Of a stretch of 64,000 nucleotides of DNA, positions 1 through 8,853 are shown one piece after another. Made by a program: the position numbers and the translations under genes. Origin of the DNA: Planctomycetota bacterium (GTDB taxonomy: Bacteria > Planctomycetota > UBA8108); contig CBFHWB010000001.1 in the NCBI GenBank assembly GCA_965659285.1, positions 1,797-65,796 on the forward strand, in the 5' to 3' direction. Each line of letters starts with the position of its first letter. The stretch's first letter is position 1. The notes under the pieces were generated by a model. The model made no database searches and was not told the origin of the DNA. It worked only from the letters and a program-made list of their open reading frames with translations.

Positions 1-71
1 CGCGAAAACAGGCTTCCGGACTGTCCTGAATCACGCCCCCCGGCCTGTTCGAAGGCGAGGAAGGTAGGCTC

Positions 72-743
72 ATGTATCGAATCGCTCTCCTCTACCTGGC
101 CCTCTGCCTGCCGGCTTCTCTCGGCCTCAAGCCCTTGTCGGCAGAAGATCCAGCGGCAGGAAAGCCCGCAGCCAAGAGCGGGACAAAATGGAAAAAGGAA
201 GACTTCCAGCCGGCGGAGGCCTGCAAAACATGCCACCCGCGGCACTACGAGGAATGGAGAGGCTCCATGCACGCCTACGCCATCACCGACCCTGTTTTTC
301 ACGCGATGCACCGTCTCGCGCAGAAGGAAACCGAAGGCGCCATCGGCGATTTCTGCATCGGCTGTCATGCCCCGGTGGGCACCGGAACCGGAGAGGTTAC
401 GGCCTCAACAAGCTCCCCTGAAGGACTCTCAAAAACAGCCCTGGCTGCGGTCTCCTGCGAGGTCTGCCATCGAAGCGTCCACCTCGAAGATGGCCCCCCC
501 TCCAATGCCCGCTTCAGCATCAAGCCGGGAGCTCCACTCGTCGGCGGGCTCCCCAATCCCCAGCAAACCCCGGCCCATGCATCTGTTACCAACGACAGCC
601 TCAAGAACCCTGATTTCTGCGGCAGCTGTCACAATGTGGTCAATCGCAAGGGAATCAAAATCGAGAAACCCCACGAGGAATTCCTTGCCAGCCCCTACCC
701 CGCCCGCAACACCGGCTGCCTCAACTGTCACATGCAGACCTAG
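72..743 (+). CDS. Secreted pentaheme c-type cytochrome (multiheme cytochrome c)
   Basis: N-terminal signal peptide (MYRIALLYLALCLPASLG). Five CxxCH heme-binding motifs (CKTCH, CIGCH, CEVCH, CGSCH, CLNCH). Ends at TAG 741-743, which is in frame with the next ORF. Confidence 0.8.
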   Translation: MYRIALLYLALCLPASLGLKPLSAEDPAAGKPAAKSGTKWKKEDFQPAEACKTCHPRHYEEWRGSMHAYAITDPVFHAMHRLAQKETEGAIGDFCIGCHAPVGTGTGEVTASTSSPEGLSKTALAAVSCEVCHRSVHLEDGPPSNARFSIKPGAPLVGGLPNPQQTPAHASVTNDSLKNPDFCGSCHNVVNRKGIKIEKPHEEFLASPYPARNTGCLNCHMQT

Positions 744-836
744 ACGGGACGCGCAACCCCGGATGGACCGCTTCGCAACCGTCTCCACCGACATGACTTC
801 ATTGGAGTCGACGTAGCCGTAACCCCCTTCCCACGG

Positions 837-2966
837 ATGGGCTACCAACGCAGGGAGGTTGAAGAGTTTCTGCGAACCGCGGCCAGGCTGAGCGTCTTCG
901 CGCCCGAGGCCGCGGTCGCGGGCGAAAGCTTCAAGCTCAAGGTTGACGTCAAGAACGTCGGAGCCGGACACAACCTGCCCACGGGACCATCGACAGAGCG
1001 GGAGATGTGGCTTGAGGTCATAGCCGTCAACCGGTCGGGAAAGATCCTTTTCGAATCGGGCACCCTGGACAAGCAAGGAGATATCCGAGGTGGACATGGA
1101 AACACCAAGCGGCAGGATCCCCAGCTTGCCCTCTTCACCGACCGCTTTATCGGCGAGAAAGGCGAAACGGTATTCTTCATGTGGCAGGCCCACGCCCTCG
1201 AAGAACATACGATCCCCCCACTGCAGACCCGGTCGGCAAGCTACGAATTCAAGATTCCCGAACAATTCGCGGGCGAGGAACTCAAGCTGAGTGTGCGACT
1301 GCGATTCCGGGCCTTCCCGCCGCACCAGCTCAGGCGGTTGGGAATCGGAAACCTCACCGAGCGCTTCCCCATCTTCGAACTGGGAGAATACAACAGTCCG
1401 CCAATCGTCGTTAAAAAGAGCGCCGGGCAAAAGGGCATCACCAGGGTTCCTGAGGACGTAGCCAGCCTCGTAAAAGCCATCGAAGAAGCGGCCGCCGGAA
1501 CGGTGATTTCGGTCGCCCCGGGCACCTCCGAGCTTGCCGACCCACTGAGATTTCCCGGCAAAGACTTCGTTCTCGAATCCCGGGAGGGTCCCGAGAAGAC
1601 AATCCTCTCCGGGCCGGGCACGAGACCTGCGGCGAGAGAGGCCTCCCTGCTGGTATTCACCGCAGGAGAGACCGCCGCCGCCGTCGTACGGGGTTTCACG
1701 ATCAGGAACGGCCGGGGAACCGTGCTGGATGGACGCCGGGCCGGAGGCGCCCTCCTCTGCATCAAAAGTTCTCCGACCATCGAGGGCAACATCTTCACCG
1801 GCAACGAGGCCGACACGGGAGGTGCGGCCTTCCTCCAGGATTCAGAAGCGAAATTCATCGGCAACCGGTTCACCTCCAATCGAGCCCAGGCCGGCGGGGC
1901 CATCCACATCTCATCCGGCTCCCTTGCTCTGCTCAGCAAAAACTCCTTCACCGACAACCGCGCCCCGCAGGGCGGCGCCGTCCACATTGATTCCGCCGGT
2001 GCTCTCATCCACGGCAACCGCATGACGGCAAACCGGGCCTTCTCGGGAGGGGCGATCCGGCTCATCTCGACAGCCCCGGAGGCTCCCGGCCGCCCCTGGC
2101 TGACGAGCCTCTCAAAAAACCGTCTCTACGGAAATACAGCCCGCTCCGGCGGAGCCATCCTTGCCGAGGGAGCCTGCCGGGTGCTCTCAACGCGCGATCT
2201 GGTCGCCGGCAACATAGGCGGCGGCCTCAGCCTGCTCAACGGCGCGCGGGCGGAGCTTGACCATGCGACCATCGTCGACAACCGCCTTGGCAAGGGAGCC
2301 CTGTCCTCCGAGCCCGGCTCGCCCCTGGCTGTCCGCAACTCCATCCTGTGGGGAAACCGACCCCTCGACCTGGCCGGCGAGTTCTCCTGGTCGCTGGTTG
2401 AGAACGAGGCCTTCGCAGGGGGGACCAACCTTCGCGCGCTGCCCCTGTTTCGCCCTCCCTATTCCGAATGGGAAAGATGCGGAGACCGCGGCGGCCTCTG
2501 CGTTCCGATCCTGCGTCCGGATGCCGAGACCCTCGATCCCGACAACCAGGGCCTCTACCGGAAATACACTCCAGGCCTGCTGGAGCTTTTCACCGATTCC
2601 CCCGCGGCGGACGCAGGCGACCCCGCCAGCCCTCCGGACGAAGATGGCACAAGAACGGATCTCGGATTCCTGCCAAAACTGAAATCACGGCGCCTGTTCA
2701 TTCGCGGCGATGTCGATGGGAATGGGAACATCGACGTAAGCGATGCCAGGGCGATCTTCGCGCTGGTTGATGAAAAAAGCCGGGTTGAGTGCATGGAAAG
2801 CGCGGATGTCGACGGCAACGGGATCATCGACCGCAAAGATGGCATCCAGTTGATGAACTTCGTCATGACGGGCCAGAAGCCTCCCGCCTCCCCCTGGCCT
2901 GATTGCGGGCCCACGCCCCAGCCAGGAGGCTCCCTTGGCTGCTTCAAAGACCGCTGCAAACCATAA
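837..2966 (+). CDS. Beta-sandwich plus right-handed parallel beta-helix repeat protein with a C-terminal dockerin type-I-like pair of Ca-binding repeats. No signal peptide of its own. Probably the C-terminal continuation of the upstream pentaheme cytochrome
   Basis: Repeated G-N-x-F/I-x-x-N motifs typical of NosD/pectate-lyase-like beta-helix repeats (GNIFTGNEADTGG, GNRFTSNRAQAGG, KNSFTDNRAPQGG, GNRMTANRAFSGG). C-terminus has DVDGNGNIDVSD and DVDGNGIIDRKD dockerin loops. Same reading frame as 72-743, with 31 sense codons between the TAG and the first ATG. Confidence 0.7.
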   Translation: MGYQRREVEEFLRTAARLSVFAPEAAVAGESFKLKVDVKNVGAGHNLPTGPSTEREMWLEVIAVNRSGKILFESGTLDKQGDIRGGHGNTKRQDPQLALFTDRFIGEKGETVFFMWQAHALEEHTIPPLQTRSASYEFKIPEQFAGEELKLSVRLRFRAFPPHQLRRLGIGNLTERFPIFELGEYNSPPIVVKKSAGQKGITRVPEDVASLVKAIEEAAAGTVISVAPGTSELADPLRFPGKDFVLESREGPEKTILSGPGTRPAAREASLLVFTAGETAAAVVRGFTIRNGRGTVLDGRRAGGALLCIKSSPTIEGNIFTGNEADTGGAAFLQDSEAKFIGNRFTSNRAQAGGAIHISSGSLALLSKNSFTDNRAPQGGAVHIDSAGALIHGNRMTANRAFSGGAIRLISTAPEAPGRPWLTSLSKNRLYGNTARSGGAILAEGACRVLSTRDLVAGNIGGGLSLLNGARAELDHATIVDNRLGKGALSSEPGSPLAVRNSILWGNRPLDLAGEFSWSLVENEAFAGGTNLRALPLFRPPYSEWERCGDRGGLCVPILRPDAETLDPDNQGLYRKYTPGLLELFTDSPAADAGDPASPPDEDGTRTDLGFLPKLKSRRLFIRGDVDGNGNIDVSDARAIFALVDEKSRVECMESADVDGNGIIDRKDGIQLMNFVMTGQKPPASPWPDCGPTPQPGGSLGCFKDRCKP

Positions 2967-3226
2967 AATACAGGCGCTGCCAGTTTGGAAATAACCGACC
3001 TAAATCCCAGACACTGAATTGTTTGCGTAAAGAACGGCATTTATTCGGAAAAAGACGGGAATTCCTGCACGGTTTTGTCGCTTGCCGTCGTCTTTCCCAG
3101 TAGGTAGTATTAATTCTCATTCTGACGTAAGTTAACTCTTTGCTTTACGGCTGCTTGCGTTTTTTTGAGACCGCCCTGGGGCGGCTGGAATGCGGGAAAT
3201 TGTCGTATCAACGGAGGTTCTCTCTA

Positions 3227-3958
3227 ATGAAAATGTCTCTAAGATTTCTTCTCTGCGCCCTCTTCTGCTGCGGCGCTCTGACCTTCAGCGCAGTTCTCAG
3301 CGCGCAGGATGTCGGTAGTGTCGGCACCAAGGACAATCTCGATCTGCCCGTAGATGCGGTCGGCGAGAACGTCACCGAAGAGGAAGACGCTCCCGAGGTG
3401 GTCATCTTCTACGGCCAGCAACTCGAAGGCGATGGCTTCTTCTACACCGTAGACCGCTCCGGCAGTATGCAGGACCGGGGCGAACTGGCCCGCGCCAAGC
3501 AGGAGATCGCCCGGAACATCCAGGAGTTCTCAGACCGCACCGAGTTTGGCGTCGTCTTCTTTGATTCCGGAGTGCTCAGGTACCCCTCGACCGGTCGCCC
3601 GATCGAAGCCAATGCCGGCATGAAATCGGCCGCGCTCAGTTGGATCGCCGCCGTCGGCGGCGGCAGCGGAAGCTGCTGCCAGGCGGGCATCCTCGCCGCG
3701 CTGCAATTCGCCAACTTCTCCTCTGCCCAGCGCAAGGTCGTCTGCTACGTCGGTGACGGCGGCGGAACCGGCCCCTGCGGCGGAACCGGAGGTGAATCCG
3801 GCTACCTCAACCAGACCCTCCAGCGGGTGGCTCAGCAGAACTACCAGCGCGTCACGATCAATACGATCGGGGTCATGATGAGCGGCCGCGGCATGCAGGA
3901 AACATTCCTCAGAAATATTGCCCGCGGCAATGGCGGCACCTACAAGCGGATCAATTAG
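3227..3958 (+). CDS. Secreted von Willebrand factor type A (VWA) domain protein
   Basis: Signal peptide (MKMSLRFLLCALFCCGALTFSAVLSA). MIDAS-type DxSxS motif (VDRSGSM). GGAGG-like RBS 8 nt upstream of the ATG at 3227. Confidence 0.75.
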   Translation: MKMSLRFLLCALFCCGALTFSAVLSAQDVGSVGTKDNLDLPVDAVGENVTEEEDAPEVVIFYGQQLEGDGFFYTVDRSGSMQDRGELARAKQEIARNIQEFSDRTEFGVVFFDSGVLRYPSTGRPIEANAGMKSAALSWIAAVGGGSGSCCQAGILAALQFANFSSAQRKVVCYVGDGGGTGPCGGTGGESGYLNQTLQRVAQQNYQRVTINTIGVMMSGRGMQETFLRNIARGNGGTYKRIN

Positions 3959-3982
3959 AACGCTTGAAGATCTTGAAATTTC

Positions 3983-4016
3983 AACGGGAACCCGCTTAGC
4001 GGGTTCCCGTTTTTTC
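3983..4016 (+). terminator. Rho-independent terminator after the VWA gene
   Basis: 13-bp perfect stem AACGGGAACCCGC / GCGGGTTCCCGTT with a TTA loop, followed by TTTTTT. Confidence 0.7.
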
Positions 4017-4050
4017 ATGCCCCAGGAGGACTGCCCGGCCGGACAGGATC

Positions 4051-5079
4051 TCAGGCGGAGCAGGAGAGATCATCTCCCGCCTCCGGATGCGATCGGGGCT
4101 GCAACGGGGCGAGCACCAGGAGCAGCCCGACCGCCAGCAATAGAGAATAGCGCTCTAAATCAGGGAGCACGGAAATCCATGGCCAGGACAGCCAGGACAG
4201 CGCCACGGAAAGCCCGCAGGCCGACAGCGCGAACCTTCGCAGTCCCCCAGAGCAACTGTGACGTCCCGACTCGTAGCTGAGCATACAGAGGGGCAGCAGA
4301 AGAGTCGCCGAGTTGAGCCCATCGGAGGGATCCGCCAGCAGCGCCACGAAGCAGAGGCCTCCGACCTCCCTGGCCTGCAGACCCTCGGATGGACCGGAGG
4401 ACAGCCTTCTCGCCGCCCAGAGAACCACCCCGCCCAGGAGGGCTGCAAGGCCGACAAAGACGACCCAGCCGGCTTCCGCACGAGTCTCTCCCAACAGGGC
4501 AAAGACCTGCTGACGCAGGGTCCAGCCGCCAGGGGCTGGAACACTCACAAGCTCCCTCTGCCCGATGTAGAAGGCTCCGGCAAGCAAAACGAATCCCACA
4601 GCCAGGTTGAAGCCTTTGCCCTGGCGCCAGCGGAGCGAGAAGCGCGAAATCCAGAGCCACAGGGGAAACACAATCAACTGCAGCTGCCAGGAGGCCGCGA
4701 GGGCAAAGATGACCGCTGAGAGGCCGGCCTGCCCCCTGCGATCCAGCAACAACGCTGCGCTCACAGCCAGCAGGGAAAGGCATTCGAGACCGGGAATCGG
4801 GGCCGAAAAATCAGCCAGCACAACTGGAAAAACCACCAGGGCGCCAAGGAGGCGCCCCTCGGCTGACACTGGGAGACCCACCACGCGGTCCGCCGCTCCA
4901 AGGAACCATACCAGGCTTCCCAGGCCAGCCAGGACCAGCAGGAGACGCCAGGAACCGAAGATTCCCCCCTCGCAGAAGGCGCATCCATCGGGTCCAACCC
5001 GGCCCGCGAGGATCAACAGGGAGACCGCGAGAAGAATGAGAAGGAGCGTATAGAAGAAAACGACCCGGGAGCTTTGCAT
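4051..5079 (-). CDS. Polytopic inner-membrane protein of unknown function, last gene of the oxidase cluster. Possibly a Caa3_CtaG-like oxidase assembly factor
   Basis: About 9-10 predicted hydrophobic helices. Sits immediately after the DUF420 gene. Probable start is the internal ATG (MQSSRVVFFYT). No diagnostic motif recognised. Confidence 0.4.
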   Translation of the reverse strand: MQSSRVVFFYTLLLILLAVSLLILAGRVGPDGCAFCEGGIFGSWRLLLVLAGLGSLVWFLGAADRVVGLPVSAEGRLLGALVVFPVVLADFSAPIPGLECLSLLAVSAALLLDRRGQAGLSAVIFALAASWQLQLIVFPLWLWISRFSLRWRQGKGFNLAVGFVLLAGAFYIGQRELVSVPAPGGWTLRQQVFALLGETRAEAGWVVFVGLAALLGGVVLWAARRLSSGPSEGLQAREVGGLCFVALLADPSDGLNSATLLLPLCMLSYESGRHSCSGGLRRFALSACGLSVALSWLSWPWISVLPDLERYSLLLAVGLLLVLAPLQPRSHPEAGDDLSCSA

Positions 5080-5084
5080 GAGCT

Positions 5085-5492
5085 TCAGTACAACATGTTG
5101 TAGACGATAACGCCCGTAACCGAGACGTACATCCAGATGGGAAAGGTCATCCTCCCCCACCAGCGATGCGTCTCCCAACGCTGCTTCCAGGCCAGGTAGA
5201 CCGTCCTCAGAACCATGGGCACAACCAACGCGGCAAGAATGATGTGGCTGATGAGAATGAGGAAATAGATCGTTCGAAAAAACCCTTCTCCCTCGTAGGG
5301 CTTGTGCCCGGCCAGGTAATGATAGGTCAGGTAACAGCCGAGGAAGATGGTCGAAACGAAAAAGGCCGCGATCATCAACCGGGCGTGAGCTGTCTTATGC
5401 CCGCGGCGTATGCAGACATACCCTGCGAGAAGAAGGGTTCCGCTGAGAGCGTTCAGGCTGGCATTGACGAATGGGAGGTCGTTTACTTCCAT
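5085..5492 (-). CDS. DUF420 (CtaM/YozB-like) small membrane protein associated with heme-copper oxidases
   Basis: About 135 aa with four hydrophobic helices (MEVNDLPFVNASLNALSGTLLLAGYVCIRRG...). Conserved position after SCO1 in cta clusters. The ORF-track N-terminal extension overlaps SCO1 and is unlikely to be real. Confidence 0.7.
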   Translation of the reverse strand: MEVNDLPFVNASLNALSGTLLLAGYVCIRRGHKTAHARLMIAAFFVSTIFLGCYLTYHYLAGHKPYEGEGFFRTIYFLILISHIILAALVVPMVLRTVYLAWKQRWETHRWWGRMTFPIWMYVSVTGVIVYNMLY

Positions 5493-5496
5493 CGCT

Positions 5497-6162
5497 TCAC
5501 TCCTGCTGGTTTTCTTTGATGAGAATCCGGGCCGCATCGAGAAGTTTCTCGAGATCACCGGGGACCGAGTTCGGACGGTAATAGCCCCGGATGATCCCCT
5601 TCGCATCAACCAGGGCAAACCGATCGCTATGCGGAACGCCGGACTCGGCATCGGCTTCCTGGCTGCCACCCGCGATCATCCTGAAACCCTGCTCGCAGAG
5701 CCGGACAATCTCCCCGCGGCCGCCGCGCAGAAAACTCCAGCAGCTGGAGTCGATGCCCTGCTGGCTGGAATATTGAGCCAGCTGTAGCGGGGTGTCTCTT
5801 CCGGGGTCGAGGGAAAAAGAAACGAGGCGTAATTTGCCGGCAAGATCGCCTTCATTGCGTATGGTTTTCTGGATTTTCAACAGCTCGGCAGCCATCCCTG
5901 GACAGGCGTTGCGGCAGTTGGTGAACATGAAGGTCCCGACCCAGACCTTCCCCCTGAGAGATTTTCGGCTGACCTTCGCGCCCTCCTGGTCATCCAACTC
6001 GAAGGCGGGTACCTCTCCATGACGAGCCAATACCCGGGGGCGCTCCCAGGCGACCGCATAAGCGACCACCGCAAGGATGCCAACAGCCAGCAGAGACCAG
6101 CTGAGCCAGCCGAGAACGCCCTCTGTGCCCTTTTCGGGCTTCTCCATGGTATCTGCGTGCAT
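5497..6162 (-). CDS. SCO1/SenC copper chaperone for CuA assembly
   Basis: Membrane anchor followed by a thioredoxin-like domain with a CxxxC motif (FTNCRNACP) and a downstream conserved His (VPHSDRFALVD). Confidence 0.85.
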   Translation of the reverse strand: MHADTMEKPEKGTEGVLGWLSWSLLAVGILAVVAYAVAWERPRVLARHGEVPAFELDDQEGAKVSRKSLRGKVWVGTFMFTNCRNACPGMAAELLKIQKTIRNEGDLAGKLRLVSFSLDPGRDTPLQLAQYSSQQGIDSSCWSFLRGGRGEIVRLCEQGFRMIAGGSQEADAESGVPHSDRFALVDAKGIIRGYYRPNSVPGDLEKLLDAARILIKENQQE

Positions 6163-6189
6163 TCGCCGCTCCGTCGCTTAGAAGCTTTC

Positions 6190-6783
6190 TTAAAGAATGT
6201 AGAGGATACCGAAGAAAAACACCCATACCAGCACAACCATCAGCCAGTAATAGAGAACGAGATCGACCCCGATTCTCCTGTGCTCATGATATTTTCCACG
6301 GATCGCCTGGATAATGACATAGCTCAGCAGGAGCACTCCGCCGACCACGTGCAGGCCGTGCAGGCCGGCCATGGAATAAAAAACAGTGCCGAAGATGTTC
6401 TGTGCCGGCAGTTCCTGCGCGATCAACCGGGAAAACTCGAGTAACTGTATCCCGGCAAACACCGCTCCGGAAACGAGCGTCAGGCAGAGCCAGGAAACCA
6501 GACCGATCGGATCCTCCCTGCGAATGGCGCGAGAGGCGAGGAGAATGAAAAAACCACTGAGAACGAGAAGTCCCAAATTGCCGAGAGGGAGTCCCATGCC
6601 CTGCTCTGAAAAGCCCTCCGGTTTCCAGCTCTTCGCGCCAAGACGAAGGACGATATACATTCCCACCAGCGCGCCAAAGAACATGATCTCCGCCACGATA
6701 AAGAGGTTGATGGCGAACCTGGCGTTTCCAGACTCATCCGTCGAGCCCGGCGCTCTCCTTGACTCAACCGACTCGCCGGCCAT
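6190..6783 (-). CDS. coxC: Cytochrome c oxidase subunit III
   Basis: Hydrophobic 5-helix protein resembling CoxC/CtaE. Flanked by ctaB and SCO1. Confidence 0.8.
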   Translation of the reverse strand: MAGESVESRRAPGSTDESGNARFAINLFIVAEIMFFGALVGMYIVLRLGAKSWKPEGFSEQGMGLPLGNLGLLVLSGFFILLASRAIRREDPIGLVSWLCLTLVSGAVFAGIQLLEFSRLIAQELPAQNIFGTVFYSMAGLHGLHVVGGVLLLSYVIIQAIRGKYHEHRRIGVDLVLYYWLMVVLVWVFFFGILYIL

Positions 6784-6784
6784 A

Positions 6785-7813
6785 TCACACCCCTTCAGGT
6801 ACCTTTGCTGTCAGGACCAGAACGATGAACAGAACAGGAAGATAGACGACAGAGGCGAGGACCAGCCAGCGGGCTGTCTCACGGGTCCGGGTAATACCAA
6901 ACCAGACGGCAAAGGCCAGGAAGGCGAGGCTCGATCCCAGGGCCATCCAGAAATAAAAATCCGCGGCGAAGCCAAAGACCGCCGCCGGCATCAGGCTGGC
7001 GGGAACCAGGGCGAGCGTCCAACCGACCACCCGCATAGCCGTCGCGCTGCCTTCTTTGTCGACAACCGTCAGCATCGGGAAACCGGCACGCTCGTAGTCT
7101 TCCCGGTACATCCAGGCGATCGCGAGGAAATGCGGGATCTGCCAGATGAACTGGATCGTGAAGATCGACCAGCCGGCGGAGACAAACTCGCCGGTGGCGG
7201 CGGTCAGACCGATGACCGGCGGCAGCGCCCCAGCGAAGGCGCCCACCAGCAGAGAGAAAGAAGTAACCCTCTTCAACGGCGTGTAGAAAAACACGTAGAC
7301 CCCGGTCGTCACGGCGCTCACCGCGGCGCAAAGCGGATTGACCAGAATGACAAGATAGACCAGCCCGGCAAGGGAGAGAACCATACCCAGGAACCTCGCC
7401 AGCGCCGGAGAAAAACGCCCGGCGGGAAGAGGCCGGGACGAGGTGCGTTCCATCAGACCATCGGCGTCCCTCTCAATGTACTGGTTCAGGATGCTGGAGG
7501 CGGAGGCGAGGATGAAGGAGCCGGCCAGCACATGAAGCAGCAACCAGCCATATCTCGGCGACAGCAACTGCGAAAGCGAGCCCTGCGGGGATGTGCAGAC
7601 ACCGAGTGCGAAACCTGCGAATACCGTAACCAGGGCCAGGAGATTGATCCTGAGCTTGCTCATCTGCACCAGGTCGCTCAACAAAGTTCCCCCATCCGCT
7701 CCTGTCTTCCCGGATTCATCCCGCCCCTGCCCGGTCAACGAACCGGCGGTCGGAGATGAGCCCTGCGAACTTTCAATCTGTTGGTCTACCAGGGCCGCCT
7801 CATCCATGTTCAT
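6785..7813 (-). CDS. ctaB: Protoheme IX farnesyltransferase (heme O synthase), UbiA family
   Basis: UbiA-type polyprenyltransferase helices and motifs (YTPLKRVTSFSLLVGAFAGALPPVIG). Position between ctaA and coxC. Confidence 0.85.
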   Translation of the reverse strand: MNMDEAALVDQQIESSQGSSPTAGSLTGQGRDESGKTGADGGTLLSDLVQMSKLRINLLALVTVFAGFALGVCTSPQGSLSQLLSPRYGWLLLHVLAGSFILASASSILNQYIERDADGLMERTSSRPLPAGRFSPALARFLGMVLSLAGLVYLVILVNPLCAAVSAVTTGVYVFFYTPLKRVTSFSLLVGAFAGALPPVIGLTAATGEFVSAGWSIFTIQFIWQIPHFLAIAWMYREDYERAGFPMLTVVDKEGSATAMRVVGWTLALVPASLMPAAVFGFAADFYFWMALGSSLAFLAFAVWFGITRTRETARWLVLASVVYLPVLFIVLVLTAKVPEGV

Positions 7814-8850
7814 AAGGCCGCCCCCGGCTCAGAAGCGCTCAGAAATCGAATCCGGTAGGCCCGAGCGCAAACGACCACAGCGAGAATCAGGATCAGAACT
7901 CCGACCGCCTGATGGACGCTGGCCAGGGTTTCGAAGGTACCCGTTTTAACCAACCCCGGGGCCTCATCGACCACCAGCGAAGGCGGTGTTTGATAAATGA
8001 ACGTAGCGAAGCCTAAAAACACCTGGAGAAAAAGCAGCAACAGCAGGCCCAGGGACGGATGGAGAATGCGGTCGGCCTTCGAGAGAGAGAGCACCTTGCC
8101 GACCAACAGAACGATTCCCGTGAAAACAGCGAAGGCCCAGACAATATGCACCAGGTCACCGATTGTCTGAAGCGCCTCCCCCCCACCCCCGGGCTCGAGC
8201 GTCGCGTGGCGAGGAACGGCGCCAAGCACGATCTGTACATAGATGCTGAGCACGGCGAAGAGCGCCAGGGAGCAGATGGGGTCCGCCTTGGAGAGCTTCA
8301 GCCGGGTCTTTTCACCTATCCAGCCCGGAGAGGTGACGACAGCCAGGATTGTGACGGCGGAAATAAACAACATAGCCATGCCAACATGCAGTACCGAAAG
8401 GATCGGCGGCAGCTTATATAGAACCGTCAATCCGCCCAAAATCGCCGGCGGAAGGACCAGCGCAACAACCACGATGGAAAGCAGCTTGACCCTGGGGCGT
8501 CTCTCCTTCTTGAAGGCCGCCAGGCAGGCCAGAAGCGCGAGGAATCCTACGCTCGCCATCATCAAACGATGGCCGTGTTCTACCAGCAAGCCGGGATTAT
8601 CGAGCATGCCGCCCGGGGAGGGCAGCAAATTCCCATCGAAACTGGGCCAGTTTTTGTCGACTCGGCCACTCTCGGTACTGGTAACAATCCCACCAACAAT
8701 CACGCCGAGATAGGCGACGCAGAGGGTCGCGATGGCAAGCCCGTGGAGGAGCCCGCCACCCGCGGTTGTTTCATCCGAACCAGCAGAGGCGGAGGCTCCC
8801 GAGGAACCCTCCGCGACTGGAGCTTCTTTCTTACCGCCTGCTCCAGGCAC
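7810..8850 (-). CDS. ctaA: Heme A synthase (CtaA/COX15 family)
   Basis: 8-helix membrane protein with conserved His residues in paired helices (HRLMMASVGF, HVGMAMLF, HQAVGVLI). Located between coxA and ctaB. Confidence 0.6.
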   Translation of the reverse strand: MPGAGGKKEAPVAEGSSGASASAGSDETTAGGGLLHGLAIATLCVAYLGVIVGGIVTSTESGRVDKNWPSFDGNLLPSPGGMLDNPGLLVEHGHRLMMASVGFLALLACLAAFKKERRPRVKLLSIVVVALVLPPAILGGLTVLYKLPPILSVLHVGMAMLFISAVTILAVVTSPGWIGEKTRLKLSKADPICSLALFAVLSIYVQIVLGAVPRHATLEPGGGGEALQTIGDLVHIVWAFAVFTGIVLLVGKVLSLSKADRILHPSLGLLLLLFLQVFLGFATFIYQTPPSLVVDEAPGLVKTGTFETLASVHQAVGVLILILAVVVCARAYRIRFLSASEPGAAL

Positions 8851-8853
8851 GGC

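Noticed and set aside
3091-3120. A possible sigma70 promoter TTGCCG-N18-TAGTAT upstream of the VWA gene, and the hairpin CCGCCC-TGG-GGCGG at about 3165-3180.
   Set aside because: The -35 match is weak and the spacer is 18 nt. The hairpin is preceded rather than followed by the T-run, so it is not a terminator in either orientation. Too uncertain to list as a feature.
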